A stretch of DNA of 64,000 bases from Lachnospiraceae bacterium. Its GTDB lineage: Bacteria > Bacillota > Clostridia > Lachnospirales > Lachnospiraceae. This document shows, piece by piece, positions 9,726 to 19,005 of this stretch (position 1 is its first letter; each line of letters starts with the position of its first letter). Made by a program: the position numbers and the translations under genes. Location of the stretch: contig JALERW010000036.1 of NCBI GenBank assembly GCA_022763925.1, forward strand, positions 3,779 to 67,778, read 5' to 3'. A model generated the notes under the pieces. It was not told where the DNA came from, did no database searches, and was given only the letters and a program-made list of their open reading frames with translations.

Positions 9726-9770
9726 TGTCAAGAAAAAACGGTTGACAAACCGTAAGGGCATGGGTATAAT
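9726..9770 (+). promoter_or_regulatory. consensus sigmaA promoter of yceD-rpmF overlapped by a TGTCAA-N10-TTGACA palindrome
   Basis: TTGACA(9742)-17 nt-TATAAT(9765); TGTCAA at 9726. Confidence 0.85.
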
Positions 9771-9796
9771 AATTTGAGTATGAATAGGAGACTATT

Positions 9797-10330
9797 ATGC
9801 TTATAAACTTATCAGATGTTTTATCCAGAGATGAAAAGGTTGTTTCCATGGAAGCCGAGGTGGAGCTTGACTCCTTCCAGTCAAGGCTTGGCAGTTTTCC
9901 GATCGTCGATAAGACGCCTCTTTCTCTTTGCATCCGCAATACGGGGAAGAAGGTGCTTGAGATTACGGGAACGATGGAATTGAGCACTGTAATTCCGTGC
10001 AGCCGTTGTCTGGAGGATGTGAAAACAATGATTCATCTTGATATCCTGCGGAAGGTGGATATGAAGCTTTCCGAGGACGACAGGATAAAAGAACTAGATG
10101 AAGACAGTTATATTGCGGGGAATACGCTGGATGTGGAAGGACTTGTCTATGATGAGCTGCTGTCCGGCTGGCCGATGAAGGTGCTTTGCAGGGAAGACTG
10201 CAGGGGCATCTGCAGCAGATGCGGCGCGAACCTGAATAAGGGGCCGTGCGGCTGCAAGGAAGAGCCGAAGGATCTTCGAATGGCTGCCATCCGTGATATT
10301 TTTCAAAATTCAGGCATTAAGGAACAATGA
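9797..10330 (+). CDS. YceD/DUF177 rRNA-accumulation protein
   Basis: PCSRCL, PMKVLCREDCRGICSRCGANLN; immediately upstream of rpmF. Confidence 0.9.
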   Translation: MLINLSDVLSRDEKVVSMEAEVELDSFQSRLGSFPIVDKTPLSLCIRNTGKKVLEITGTMELSTVIPCSRCLEDVKTMIHLDILRKVDMKLSEDDRIKELDEDSYIAGNTLDVEGLVYDELLSGWPMKVLCREDCRGICSRCGANLNKGPCGCKEEPKDLRMAAIRDIFQNSGIKEQ

Positions 10331-10366
10331 TTTGATAAGTAAATCAGGGAAAGAGGAGGTGTAATC

Positions 10367-10549
10367 ATGTCTATCTGTCCGAAGAATAAATCTTCCAAGG
10401 GAAGAAGAGATAAGAGAAGAGCAAACTGGAAAATGAAAACCATGAATCTGGTGAAATGCAGCAAGTGCGGTGAATTAATGATGCCTCACAGAGTATGCAA
10501 GGCTTGCGGCTCTTACAACAAGAAAGAGATCGTATCCGTAGAGGATTAA
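10367..10549 (+). CDS. rpmF: 50S ribosomal protein L32
   Basis: CPKNKSSKGRRDKRRA, CSKC...PHRVCKACG. Confidence 0.97.
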   Translation: MSICPKNKSSKGRRDKRRANWKMKTMNLVKCSKCGELMMPHRVCKACGSYNKKEIVSVED

Positions 10550-10569
10550 TCTTTACGGGATTGCAACGG

Positions 10570-10607
10570 AAAGAAGGACTGTCCCCGGTATGGGGATGGT
10601 CTTTTTT
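10570..10607 (+). terminator. intrinsic terminator after rpmF
   Basis: GACTGTCCCC / GGGGATGGTC stem followed by a T run. Confidence 0.75.
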
Positions 10608-10622
10608 CGTGCCAAAAACATA

Positions 10623-10651
10623 TTGATTTTTAGAATAATGTCTTGTATAGT
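10623..10651 (+). promoter_or_regulatory. putative sigmaA promoter of plsX
   Basis: TTGATT-17 nt-TATAGT. Confidence 0.55.
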
Positions 10652-10682
10652 ATTTTTAGTAATGCAAGGAGGGAATATTTGC

Positions 10683-11717
10683 ATGCAGGAAAGGATTAAA
10701 GTGGCGCTGGATGCAATGGGCGGAGATTATGCACCGGAAGCAACGGTCCAGGGTGCTGTGGAGGCTGTAAAGGAGAAGGAGAACATCAAAGTGTTCCTTG
10801 TCGGAAAGCAGGATGCCGTGGAAGCGGAGCTTTCCAAATATTCCTATAATAAGGAACAGATCGAAGTGGTGCCGGCTTCGGAGATGATCGAGATGGCGGA
10901 ACCGCCGGTGATGGCGATCCGTAAGAAGAAGGATTCCTCCATTGTTGTCGCAATGAATCTTGTAAAGAACCATGAGGCGGATGCTTTTGTGTCTGCGGGA
11001 AGTACAGGCGCCGTCCTGGTAGGAGGACAGCTGCTTGTGGGAAGGCTAAAGGGCGTGGAACGTCCGCCGCTGGCACCGCTGCTTCCTACGGAAAAAGGAG
11101 TTACGCTTCTGGTGGACTGCGGGGCGAATGTGGACGCACGGGCTTCCCACCTTGTACAGTTTGCCCGGATGGGTTCCATTTATATGGAGCATATCGTGGG
11201 CATTCCCAATCCGAAGGTTGCGATTGTCAACATCGGGGCGGAGGAGGAGAAGGGAAATGCACTCGTGAAGGAGACGTTTCCGCTTCTGAAGGAATGTACC
11301 GATATCAATTTTATCGGAAGCATTGAGGCCAGGGATATTCCAAAGGGGGACGCGGATGTGATCGTCTGTGATGCCTTTGTGGGAAATGTCATCCTGAAGC
11401 TCTATGAAGGACTTGCAGGCACACTTGTCTCAGTGATTAAGAAGGGGATGCTGTCTTCTCTTCGGAGTAAGATCGGTGCGGTTCTGGTGAAGCCGGCCCT
11501 GAAAGAGACGCTGAAAAGCTTTGATGCGGAAGAGTATGGCGGAGCGCCGATGCTGGGCCTGAAGGGACTGGTTGTGAAGAGTCACGGAAGCTCCAACCAC
11601 ACGGAGATAAAGAACTCGATTCTGCAGTGTGCTGCTTTTAATGAGCAGAGGATGAATGATAGAATTGCGGCTGCAATTCAGAAAGAGGCGCCTGGAAGTG
11701 ACGGGGGCCGGGAATGA
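10683..11717 (+). CDS. plsX: phosphate acyltransferase PlsX
   Basis: VALDAMGGDYAP, VSAGSTGA, DCGANVD, VKSHGSS; start moved to the ATG after GGAGG. Confidence 0.95.
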   Translation: MQERIKVALDAMGGDYAPEATVQGAVEAVKEKENIKVFLVGKQDAVEAELSKYSYNKEQIEVVPASEMIEMAEPPVMAIRKKKDSSIVVAMNLVKNHEADAFVSAGSTGAVLVGGQLLVGRLKGVERPPLAPLLPTEKGVTLLVDCGANVDARASHLVQFARMGSIYMEHIVGIPNPKVAIVNIGAEEEKGNALVKETFPLLKECTDINFIGSIEARDIPKGDADVIVCDAFVGNVILKLYEGLAGTLVSVIKKGMLSSLRSKIGAVLVKPALKETLKSFDAEEYGGAPMLGLKGLVVKSHGSSNHTEIKNSILQCAAFNEQRMNDRIAAAIQKEAPGSDGGRE

Positions 11718-11774
11718 TCCCGAATGTCAGAAGTTTTTACCGAGTAAAATTTGAGAGGGAAAGGATGTAAAGGA

Positions 11775-12005
11775 ATGGAATTTGAAAAACTTCAGCAGAT
11801 TATTTCAGAGGTATTAAATGTGGATGCAGAGGAGATCACGATGGATACAACCTTCGTGGATGACCTGGGAGCAGATTCTCTCGATATTTTCCAGATCATA
11901 ATGGGTATCGAGGAAGAATTTGATATCGAAATTGCAAATGAAGATGCGGAAAAGATTGTTACCGTGGGCGATGCGGTTGAGCAGATCAAGAATGCATTAA
12001 ACTAA
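11775..12005 (+). CDS. acpP: acyl carrier protein
   Basis: DDLGADSLD phosphopantetheine motif. Confidence 0.96.
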   Translation: MEFEKLQQIISEVLNVDAEEITMDTTFVDDLGADSLDIFQIIMGIEEEFDIEIANEDAEKIVTVGDAVEQIKNALN

Positions 12006-12017
12006 TAAAGAACGAGG

Positions 12018-12062
12018 GTGCCTCAATCTTTCTGGGTATCAGGAATTTTGAGGCATTTTTTT
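12018..12062 (+). terminator. hairpin/terminator between acpP and rnc
   Basis: TGCCTCAA...TTGAGGCA followed by a T run. Confidence 0.65.
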
Positions 12063-12101
12063 GATTGCAGAAAATGTGCCTTGGGAAGGGAGGATATTTT
12101 T

Positions 12102-12797
12102 ATGCTAAAGGAAGAGGTGCGTAAGGAGCTGGAGGAAAAGATCCGCTATCATTTCCGCAATCCGAAGCTGATGGAGAAGGCGCTGACTCACAGCTCTTAT
12201 TCCAATGAGCACCGGCTTGGGCGGCTGGAGAATAACGAACGGCTGGAATTTTTGGGGGATGCGGTGCTGGAGATTGTGACCAGTGAATTCCTGTACAGGA
12301 CTTATCCACAGAAACCGGAGGGGGAGCTGACCAAGCTGAGAGCCAGTATGGTATGTGAACAGACACTGGCATTCTGTGCAAGGGCGCTGGACCTGGGAAG
12401 CTATCTTCTGCTGGGAAAGGGTGAGGACCTGACAGGCGGGAGAGAGAGGGCTTCGGTTACTTCCGATGCCATGGAAGCCATGATCGGAGCAGTCTATCTG
12501 GATGGTGGTTTTGCTAATGCAAAAGAGTTCGTACATCATTTTGTGCTGAACGATATTGAACACAAGCAGCTCTTTTTCGATAGCAAGACTATCCTGCAGG
12601 AAATTGTGCAGGGAGAACTGGAGTGCGAACCGGTGTATGAGCTGGTGGGGGAAGAAGGCCCTAACCATAATAAGAAGTTTCTTGTTCAGGTGTCTATTAA
12701 GGGCGCAGTGTTCGGAAGAGGAAGCGGGCGAACCAAGAAGGCTGCGGAGCAGGAGGCTGCCTATGCGGCAATTTTGAAGCTGAAAACGGAGAAATAG
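12102..12797 (+). CDS. rnc: ribonuclease III
   Basis: ALTHSSY, NERLEFLGDAVL, dsRBD GRTKKAAEQEAA. Confidence 0.97.
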   Translation: MLKEEVRKELEEKIRYHFRNPKLMEKALTHSSYSNEHRLGRLENNERLEFLGDAVLEIVTSEFLYRTYPQKPEGELTKLRASMVCEQTLAFCARALDLGSYLLLGKGEDLTGGRERASVTSDAMEAMIGAVYLDGGFANAKEFVHHFVLNDIEHKQLFFDSKTILQEIVQGELECEPVYELVGEEGPNHNKKFLVQVSIKGAVFGRGSGRTKKAAEQEAAYAAILKLKTEK

Positions 12798-12812
12798 TGA
12801 AAAGGGAACAGT

Positions 12813-15800
12813 ATGTATTTAAAAAGTATTGAGATTCAGGGATTTAAATCCTTTGCGAACAAAATACTGCTGGAATTCCATAACGGAATTACCGGAATTG
12901 TAGGACCGAACGGCAGCGGAAAGAGCAATGTCGCGGATGCCGTGCGATGGGTTCTGGGGGAGCAGCGTGCCAAGCAGCTTCGGGGAGCCAGCATGCAGGA
13001 TGTGATCTTCTCAGGGACAGAGCTGCGCAAGCCTTTAAGCTATGCGTCGGTTGCCATTACCCTGGATAACTCGGACCATCAGCTGGCAGTACAGTTCGAT
13101 GAGGTGACAGTAACCCGTCGGGTATACCGGTCGGGAGAAAGTGAATATCTGATCAACGGGGCAGCTTGCAGGCTGAAAGATATCAATGAGCTGTTTTATG
13201 ATACAGGAATCGGAAAAGAAGGCTATTCCATCATCGGTCAGGGGCAGATCGACAAGATATTAAGCGGAAAGCCGGAGGATCGCCGGGAGCTTTTTGATGA
13301 GGCAGCCGGTATTGTAAAATTCAAACGAAGAAAACTGACGGCGCAGAAGCAGCTGGATGAGGAACGGCAGAATCTGGTGCGGGTGAACGATATCATTGCC
13401 GAGCTGGAAAAACAGAAGGGACCGCTGGAAAAGCAGTCCGAAACAGCCAGAATTTATCTGAAGAAAAAAGAGGAACTGAAGCTTTATGATGTGAATTTTT
13501 TTCTGGCAGAAACAGAGAAAAGCCGTCTGCAGCAAAAGGAGCTGGAGGAAAAGAAAAAGAATGCTTCCCTGGAGCTTTCTCAGACGGAGGAGATATTCCG
13601 TCAGACCAAAGCCGGCTATGAGGAAATGGAACGGAAGATCGAAGAGCTGGGGAAACGCATGGATGAGGCGCGGGAAGCTCAGAATCAGGCCAGGCTTACC
13701 CGCCAGAGTCTGGAGAGCCAGATTGAGCTTTTAAAGGAGCAGATCAATACGGCCAGAACCAACGATGAGCATATTCAGAATCGTATGGAGGCTATCCGGA
13801 AGGATCAGATTGCCCGCACGGAAGAGCTCGGGGAATATGAAACGCAGAAGAAAGAGCAGGATGAGAAAATCCGGGCGGCAGAAGAGGAGCAGAAGGAGGC
13901 AGAGGGAAGGCTGTCTGATATCCGTCTGAAGATGGAGGAGGAGAATCTTCGAATGGATCAGGCCAAGGCGGATATCATTGAGCTTCTGAATACCCGTGCG
14001 TCCACGAAAGGAAAGATCCAGCGGTATGATACGATGCTGGAACAGGCTCAGATACGGAAGGCTCAGCTTTCCTCCCGGATACTTCAGTTAAAGACCGAGG
14101 AGGATGAGCATCAGGAAACGTCCCGGGACCTGGGTGCGCAGATGGAGCAGGTGCGAAAGGCCATCCGGGAATTTTCCGTAGAGAGTGAAGAGTATAACAG
14201 AAGGCAGGAAGAGCTTCAGAAGGAAATTATCCGTCTGAATGAGAAAATAGAAGCGGGACAGACCGCCTTCCATCGGGAGCAGTCCAGACTGGAATCCCTG
14301 AAAAATATTACAGAGCGGTATGACGGCTACGGCAACAGTATTCGCCGGGTGATGGACCAGAGAGGCACAGAGCCGGGAATCATCGGAGTCGTGGCGGATC
14401 TGATCAAGGTGGATAAAAAGTACGAGACAGCGGTGGAAACGGCTCTGGGCGGAAGTATTCAGAATATTGTCACGGATACGGAGCAGACCGCCAAGCGGAT
14501 GATCGAATTCCTGAAACGCACCAAGGGGGGAAGGGCAACTTTCCTGCCTCTGACCAGTGTGAAAAACCGTCAGGAATTCCGGCAGGAGCGTGTGCTTGGG
14601 GAGCCGGGGGTGATCGGACTTGCAAGCAAGCTTGTGGAGACAGAGCCCGGATACCGGGAGCTGATCGGCTATCTGCTGGGCAGGACGGTAGTGGCGGAAA
14701 CGATCGATGCAGCGATTGCTCTGGCCAGAAAATACAACTATTCCCTCAGGATCGTAACGGTTGAGGGAGAGTCCTTAAGCCCCGGAGGCTCCATGACCGG
14801 AGGAGCTTTTAAAAACTCCAGCAATCTGCTGGGCAGGAGAAGAGAAATCGAAGAGCTGGAGGCCAGCGTAGGGCTTCTGAAAAAGGATCTGGAAGAAAGC
14901 CAGAGACAGATGGATGAGCAGAGAGGCAGGAGAAACCGATGCAGGGAGAAGATTGTTGCCCTGAAGGAGAAGCTTCAGGAGCAGTATCTGAAACAGAATA
15001 CCCTTCAGATGGAGTGCCGTCAGGCTCAGGAAAAGCTGACGGGGGTCCAGAGTGAATACACCAGTCTTCAGAAGGAAGGCCAGGAGATCGAGGGACAGAT
15101 TTCCGATATCGGGGAAAGCCTTGGACAGATCCGCAGTGAGCTGGCTGCTTCAGAACAAACGGAGAAGGAGCTGGAGCAGACGGTGCTTTCCTGTCAGGAG
15201 TCTCTGGAGAGCCGCCGGGAAGAGGAGGAAGCAGCCCGGAAGGTTTCCGAGGAGCTGCATTTACAGACGGCACAGCTGAATCAGAACGCAGAATTTCTTT
15301 CAAGAAACACCGCCCGGATCCGCGGGGAGCTGGCACAGCTGGAAGAGGAATACAAAAAGCTGGATGAGAATCTGGATGTGACGGCGGAGGATATCGCCCG
15401 CAAACAGGAGGACATCTTTAAAATACGTCAGACCATCGAAGCCTCCATCGGTGCGGTGGATGACCGGGAGGAGGAAATCCGGGCACTGACGCAGGAAAAA
15501 GAAGAAACGAACAGAAGCCACAGGGAGTTCTTTGCAAAAAGAGAAGAGCTTTCAGAAAAGATGACCCGGCTGGATAAAGAGGTGTTCCGTCTGAATGCTC
15601 AGTATGAAAAGCTGGAGGAAGGGATGGATACTCAGATCAATTATATGTGGGAAGAGTATGGACTTACCTGGTCGGCGGCCCGGGAGCTTGGAAGAGAGGA
15701 TCTGGGAAGCATATCCGATATCCGAAAGCAGATCACTGCGCTGAAGGATGAGATCCGAAAGCTGGGTGATGTGAATGTAAATGCAATTGAGGATTTTAAG

Positions 15801-16373
15801 GAACTGACCAAACGCTGGGAATTTTTAAGCGGTCAGCGGGATGATCTGAAGAATGCGGAGGAAACGCTGCTTCAGATTATACAGGAGCTGGATGAAGGCA
15901 TGCGAAAGCAGTTTAAGGAGCAGTTTGCTGCCATCTGCCGGGAATTTGAGAAGGCGTTTAAGGAGCTTTTTGGTGGAGGGAAGGCAAGCCTGTCCCTGAT
16001 GGAGGATGAGGACATTCTGGAGTCGGGGATCATGATCAATGCCCAGCCGCCGGGCAAAAAGCTTCAGAATATGATGCAGCTTTCCGGAGGAGAAAAGGCA
16101 CTGACGGCGATCTCTCTTCTGTTTGCGATCCAGAATCTGAAGCCTTCTCCGTTCTGTCTTCTGGATGAGATCGAGGCGGCACTGGATGATTCCAACGTCG
16201 GAAGATTTGCGGATTATCTGCATAAGTTGACAAAGAACACGCAGTTTATTATCATAACACACAGAAGAGGAACCATGGCAGCTGCGGACAGGCTCTACGG
16301 CATTACCATGCAGGAGAAGGGAGTATCCGCCCTTGTATCAGTGGACCTGATCGAACATGATCTTGATAAATAG
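12813..16373 (+). CDS. smc: chromosome segregation protein SMC
   Basis: GPNGSGKSN, coiled coils, hinge GRATFLPL, LSGGEK, LDEIEAALD. Confidence 0.98.
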   Translation: MYLKSIEIQGFKSFANKILLEFHNGITGIVGPNGSGKSNVADAVRWVLGEQRAKQLRGASMQDVIFSGTELRKPLSYASVAITLDNSDHQLAVQFDEVTVTRRVYRSGESEYLINGAACRLKDINELFYDTGIGKEGYSIIGQGQIDKILSGKPEDRRELFDEAAGIVKFKRRKLTAQKQLDEERQNLVRVNDIIAELEKQKGPLEKQSETARIYLKKKEELKLYDVNFFLAETEKSRLQQKELEEKKKNASLELSQTEEIFRQTKAGYEEMERKIEELGKRMDEAREAQNQARLTRQSLESQIELLKEQINTARTNDEHIQNRMEAIRKDQIARTEELGEYETQKKEQDEKIRAAEEEQKEAEGRLSDIRLKMEEENLRMDQAKADIIELLNTRASTKGKIQRYDTMLEQAQIRKAQLSSRILQLKTEEDEHQETSRDLGAQMEQVRKAIREFSVESEEYNRRQEELQKEIIRLNEKIEAGQTAFHREQSRLESLKNITERYDGYGNSIRRVMDQRGTEPGIIGVVADLIKVDKKYETAVETALGGSIQNIVTDTEQTAKRMIEFLKRTKGGRATFLPLTSVKNRQEFRQERVLGEPGVIGLASKLVETEPGYRELIGYLLGRTVVAETIDAAIALARKYNYSLRIVTVEGESLSPGGSMTGGAFKNSSNLLGRRREIEELEASVGLLKKDLEESQRQMDEQRGRRNRCREKIVALKEKLQEQYLKQNTLQMECRQAQEKLTGVQSEYTSLQKEGQEIEGQISDIGESLGQIRSELAASEQTEKELEQTVLSCQESLESRREEEEAARKVSEELHLQTAQLNQNAEFLSRNTARIRGELAQLEEEYKKLDENLDVTAEDIARKQEDIFKIRQTIEASIGAVDDREEEIRALTQEKEETNRSHREFFAKREELSEKMTRLDKEVFRLNAQYEKLEEGMDTQINYMWEEYGLTWSAARELGREDLGSISDIRKQITALKDEIRKLGDVNVNAIEDFKELTKRWEFLSGQRDDLKNAEETLLQIIQELDEGMRKQFKEQFAAICREFEKAFKELFGGGKASLSLMEDEDILESGIMINAQPPGKKLQNMMQLSGGEKALTAISLLFAIQNLKPSPFCLLDEIEAALDDSNVGRFADYLHKLTKNTQFIIITHRRGTMAAADRLYGITMQEKGVSALVSVDLIEHDLDK

Positions 16374-16400
16374 AATCGTTTATTTTGTGAGGAGGACGTT

Positions 16401-17345
16401 ATGGCAGAGGAAAAGAAAGGGTTTTTTAAACGGCTGGTGGAAGGCCTGTCCAAGACAAGAAATAATATTGTCTCCGGAATTGACTCCATTTTTTCCGGCT
16501 TTTCCAGCATCGATGAGGATTTTTACGAGGAGATTGAGGAAACCCTTATTATGGGGGATATCGGCATCAATGCCACGAATGCGATTGTCAGTGATTTGAA
16601 AAAGAAGGTGAAGGAACAGGGCATCCGGGAGCCGGAGGCCTGTAAACAGCTTCTGATCGACAGTATCCGGGCGCAGATGGATGTGGGAGAGCTGGCCTAT
16701 GAATTTGAAAACCGAACCTCCGTGGTACTGGTGATCGGCGTGAATGGTGTGGGAAAGACCACGTCTGTCGGGAAGCTTGCAGGTAAGCTGAAAGCGCAGG
16801 GAAAGAGAGTTGTTCTGGCAGCGGCGGATACCTTCCGGGCTGCAGCGACCGAGCAGCTGACGGAATGGGCGAACCGTGCCGGCGTGGATATTATCAGCGG
16901 CCAGGAGGGAGCAGATCCGGCGGCTGTGGTTTATGATGCCATACAGGCAGCCAAGGCGAGAAAGGCGGATGTACTGCTGTGTGATACGGCCGGAAGACTT
17001 CATAATAAGAAAAATCTGATGGAAGAGCTGAAAAAAATCAACCGGATCCTGGAAAGGGAATATCCGGAGGCATATCGCGAGACACTGGTAGTTCTGGATG
17101 GTACTACCGGACAGAATGCCCTTGTTCAGGCGCGGCAGTTTGCCGAGGTGGCGGACATTACCGGCATTATTCTGACGAAGCTGGACGGAACCGCCAAGGG
17201 CGGAATCGCTGTGGCTATCCATTCGGAGCTCGGTATTCCCGTAAAATATGTAGGGGTTGGTGAGAGTATCGAGGATCTGCAGAAATTTGATGCGGATGAA
17301 TTTGTAAACGCGCTGTTTCATCAGGAGGGATTGACCAAATGCTGA
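16401..17345 (+). CDS. ftsY: SRP receptor FtsY
   Basis: GVNGVGKTT, DTFRAAA, DTAGRLH, TKLDGTAKGG. Confidence 0.97.
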   Translation: MAEEKKGFFKRLVEGLSKTRNNIVSGIDSIFSGFSSIDEDFYEEIEETLIMGDIGINATNAIVSDLKKKVKEQGIREPEACKQLLIDSIRAQMDVGELAYEFENRTSVVLVIGVNGVGKTTSVGKLAGKLKAQGKRVVLAAADTFRAAATEQLTEWANRAGVDIISGQEGADPAAVVYDAIQAAKARKADVLLCDTAGRLHNKKNLMEELKKINRILEREYPEAYRETLVVLDGTTGQNALVQARQFAEVADITGIILTKLDGTAKGGIAVAIHSELGIPVKYVGVGESIEDLQKFDADEFVNALFHQEGLTKC

Positions 17346-18550
17346 CACTGGAAAAATTTGAGGAGGCTTCTGAGATCGTAAAAAATGTGACGCTGGAGAC
17401 CAAGCTGATCTACAGTGAATATCTCAGCAGCCAGACGGGAAATAAGGTATATTTAAAGCCTGAGAATATGCAGTTTACCGGAGCCTACAAGGTGCGGGGA
17501 GCTTACTATAAGATCAGCACGCTTACGGAGGAGGAACGGAAAAAGGGACTGATTACGGCGTCTGCCGGGAACCATGCCCAGGGGGTTGCCTATGCGGCTT
17601 CCCGCTTTGGCGCCAGGGCAGTGATCGTTATGCCGACCTCCACACCTCTGATGAAGGTGAATCGCACCAAGAGCTACGGAGCAGAGGTGGTGCTTTACGG
17701 GGATGTGTATGATGAGGCATGTGCGCATGCCTATGAGCTTGCCAAAGAGCACGGATATACCTTTATTCATCCGTTTGATGATGAGACGGTAGCCACCGGT
17801 CAGGGCACCATTGCCATGGAGATCATCAAGGAGCTGCCGCTGGTGGATTATATTCTGGTCCCTATCGGAGGAGGCGGGCTTGCCACCGGCGTATCCACAC
17901 TGGTGAAGCTTCTCAATCCAAATATTAAGGTGATCGGTGTGGAGCCTGCAGGAGCCAACTGTATGCAGGAATCGCTGAAAAACGGAAAGGTGACGACCCT
18001 TCCTTCGGTAAATACCATTGCGGACGGTACAGCGGTGAAGACACCGGGCAGCAGGATTTTTCCGTATATTCAGAAAAATATTGATGATATCATTACCATT
18101 GAGGATGAAGAGCTGATCGTGGCCTTCCTGGATATCATGGAGAACCACAAGATGATTGTGGAGAATTCCGGCCTTCTGACGGTTGCTGCCTTAAAGCATC
18201 TGGAGGTAAAGGGAAAGAAGATCGTGTCTATCCTGAGCGGAGGAAACATGGATGTGATTACCATGGCTTCTGTTGTACAGCATGGTCTGATCCAGAGAGA
18301 CAGGATCTTTACGATTTCCGTGCTTCTGCCGGACAAGCCGGGAGCACTGGTAAATGTGGCACAGGTTATTGCCCGGCATCAGGGAAATGTCATCAAGCTG
18401 GAGCATAATCAGTTTGTCAGCATTAACCGGAATGCGGCAGTGGAACTGAAAATCACCATGGAGGCATTCGGAACTGAGCATAAGAATCAGATTATGGATG
18501 CACTGAAGCAGGCTGGATACGAGCCGGTACAGAAACAGACGATTTTGTAG
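17339..18550 (+). CDS. ilvA: threonine ammonia-lyase with C-terminal ACT domain
   Basis: KPENMQFTGAYKVRGA (PLP lysine), ASAGNHAQG, PIGGGGL, SGGN, ACT domain LPDKPG. Confidence 0.9.
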   Translation: MLTLEKFEEASEIVKNVTLETKLIYSEYLSSQTGNKVYLKPENMQFTGAYKVRGAYYKISTLTEEERKKGLITASAGNHAQGVAYAASRFGARAVIVMPTSTPLMKVNRTKSYGAEVVLYGDVYDEACAHAYELAKEHGYTFIHPFDDETVATGQGTIAMEIIKELPLVDYILVPIGGGGLATGVSTLVKLLNPNIKVIGVEPAGANCMQESLKNGKVTTLPSVNTIADGTAVKTPGSRIFPYIQKNIDDIITIEDEELIVAFLDIMENHKMIVENSGLLTVAALKHLEVKGKKIVSILSGGNMDVITMASVVQHGLIQRDRIFTISVLLPDKPGALVNVAQVIARHQGNVIKLEHNQFVSINRNAAVELKITMEAFGTEHKNQIMDALKQAGYEPVQKQTIL

Positions 18551-18596
18551 CTGGGAATTCTGACCGTGAAGGAATTTTTTGCAGAGTTTTTTTGCG

Positions 18597-18641
18597 TGTC
18601 AAGAAAAAACACTTGACAACGCATCGGCAATAGTGTATCCT
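18597..18641 (+). promoter_or_regulatory. sigmaA promoter of ylxM-ffh overlapped by a TGTCAA-N10-TTGACA palindrome
   Basis: TTGACA(18613)-17 nt-TATCCT(18636); TGTCAA at 18597. Confidence 0.75.
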
Positions 18642-18648
18642 ACCTAAG

Positions 18649-19002
18649 GTGGTTGAAATGGAGAGGATTGTAGAGCAGGCGCTTCTGTATGATTTTTACG
18701 GAGAACTGCTGACGGAGCATCAGAAGCAGATATATGAAGATTTTATTCTGAATGATCTGTCCTTAAGCGAGATTGCGGAGGAGCGGGGCATCAGCCGTCA
18801 GGGCGTCCATGATCTTGTGAAGAGGTGCAATAAGATCCTGAAGGATTATGAGGAGAAGCTTCACCTGGTGGAGAAATTTCTTGTGATCCGGACGAAAGTC
18901 AACCAGATTCACGAACTGGTTCAGGCCAAGGATGCCGTGGAACAGGAAGAATTGTTTGGCAGGCTGGAAGAAATTTCGAATGAAATTTTAGAGGAGTTAT
19001 AG
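18649..19002 (+). CDS. ylxM: YlxM family putative DNA-binding / SRP-associated protein
   Basis: [23 protein letters not shown]...[11 protein letters not shown]; precedes ffh; alternative start ATG 18658. Confidence 0.95.
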   Translation: MVEMERIVEQALLYDFYGELLTEHQKQIYEDFILNDLSLSEIAEERGISRQGVHDLVKRCNKILKDYEEKLHLVEKFLVIRTKVNQIHELVQAKDAVEQEELFGRLEEISNEILEEL

Positions 19003-19005
19003 CGG

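Noticed and set aside
13400-15900. low-complexity GAG/GAA/CAG-rich sequence
   Set aside because: encodes SMC coiled coils, not a DNA repeat array
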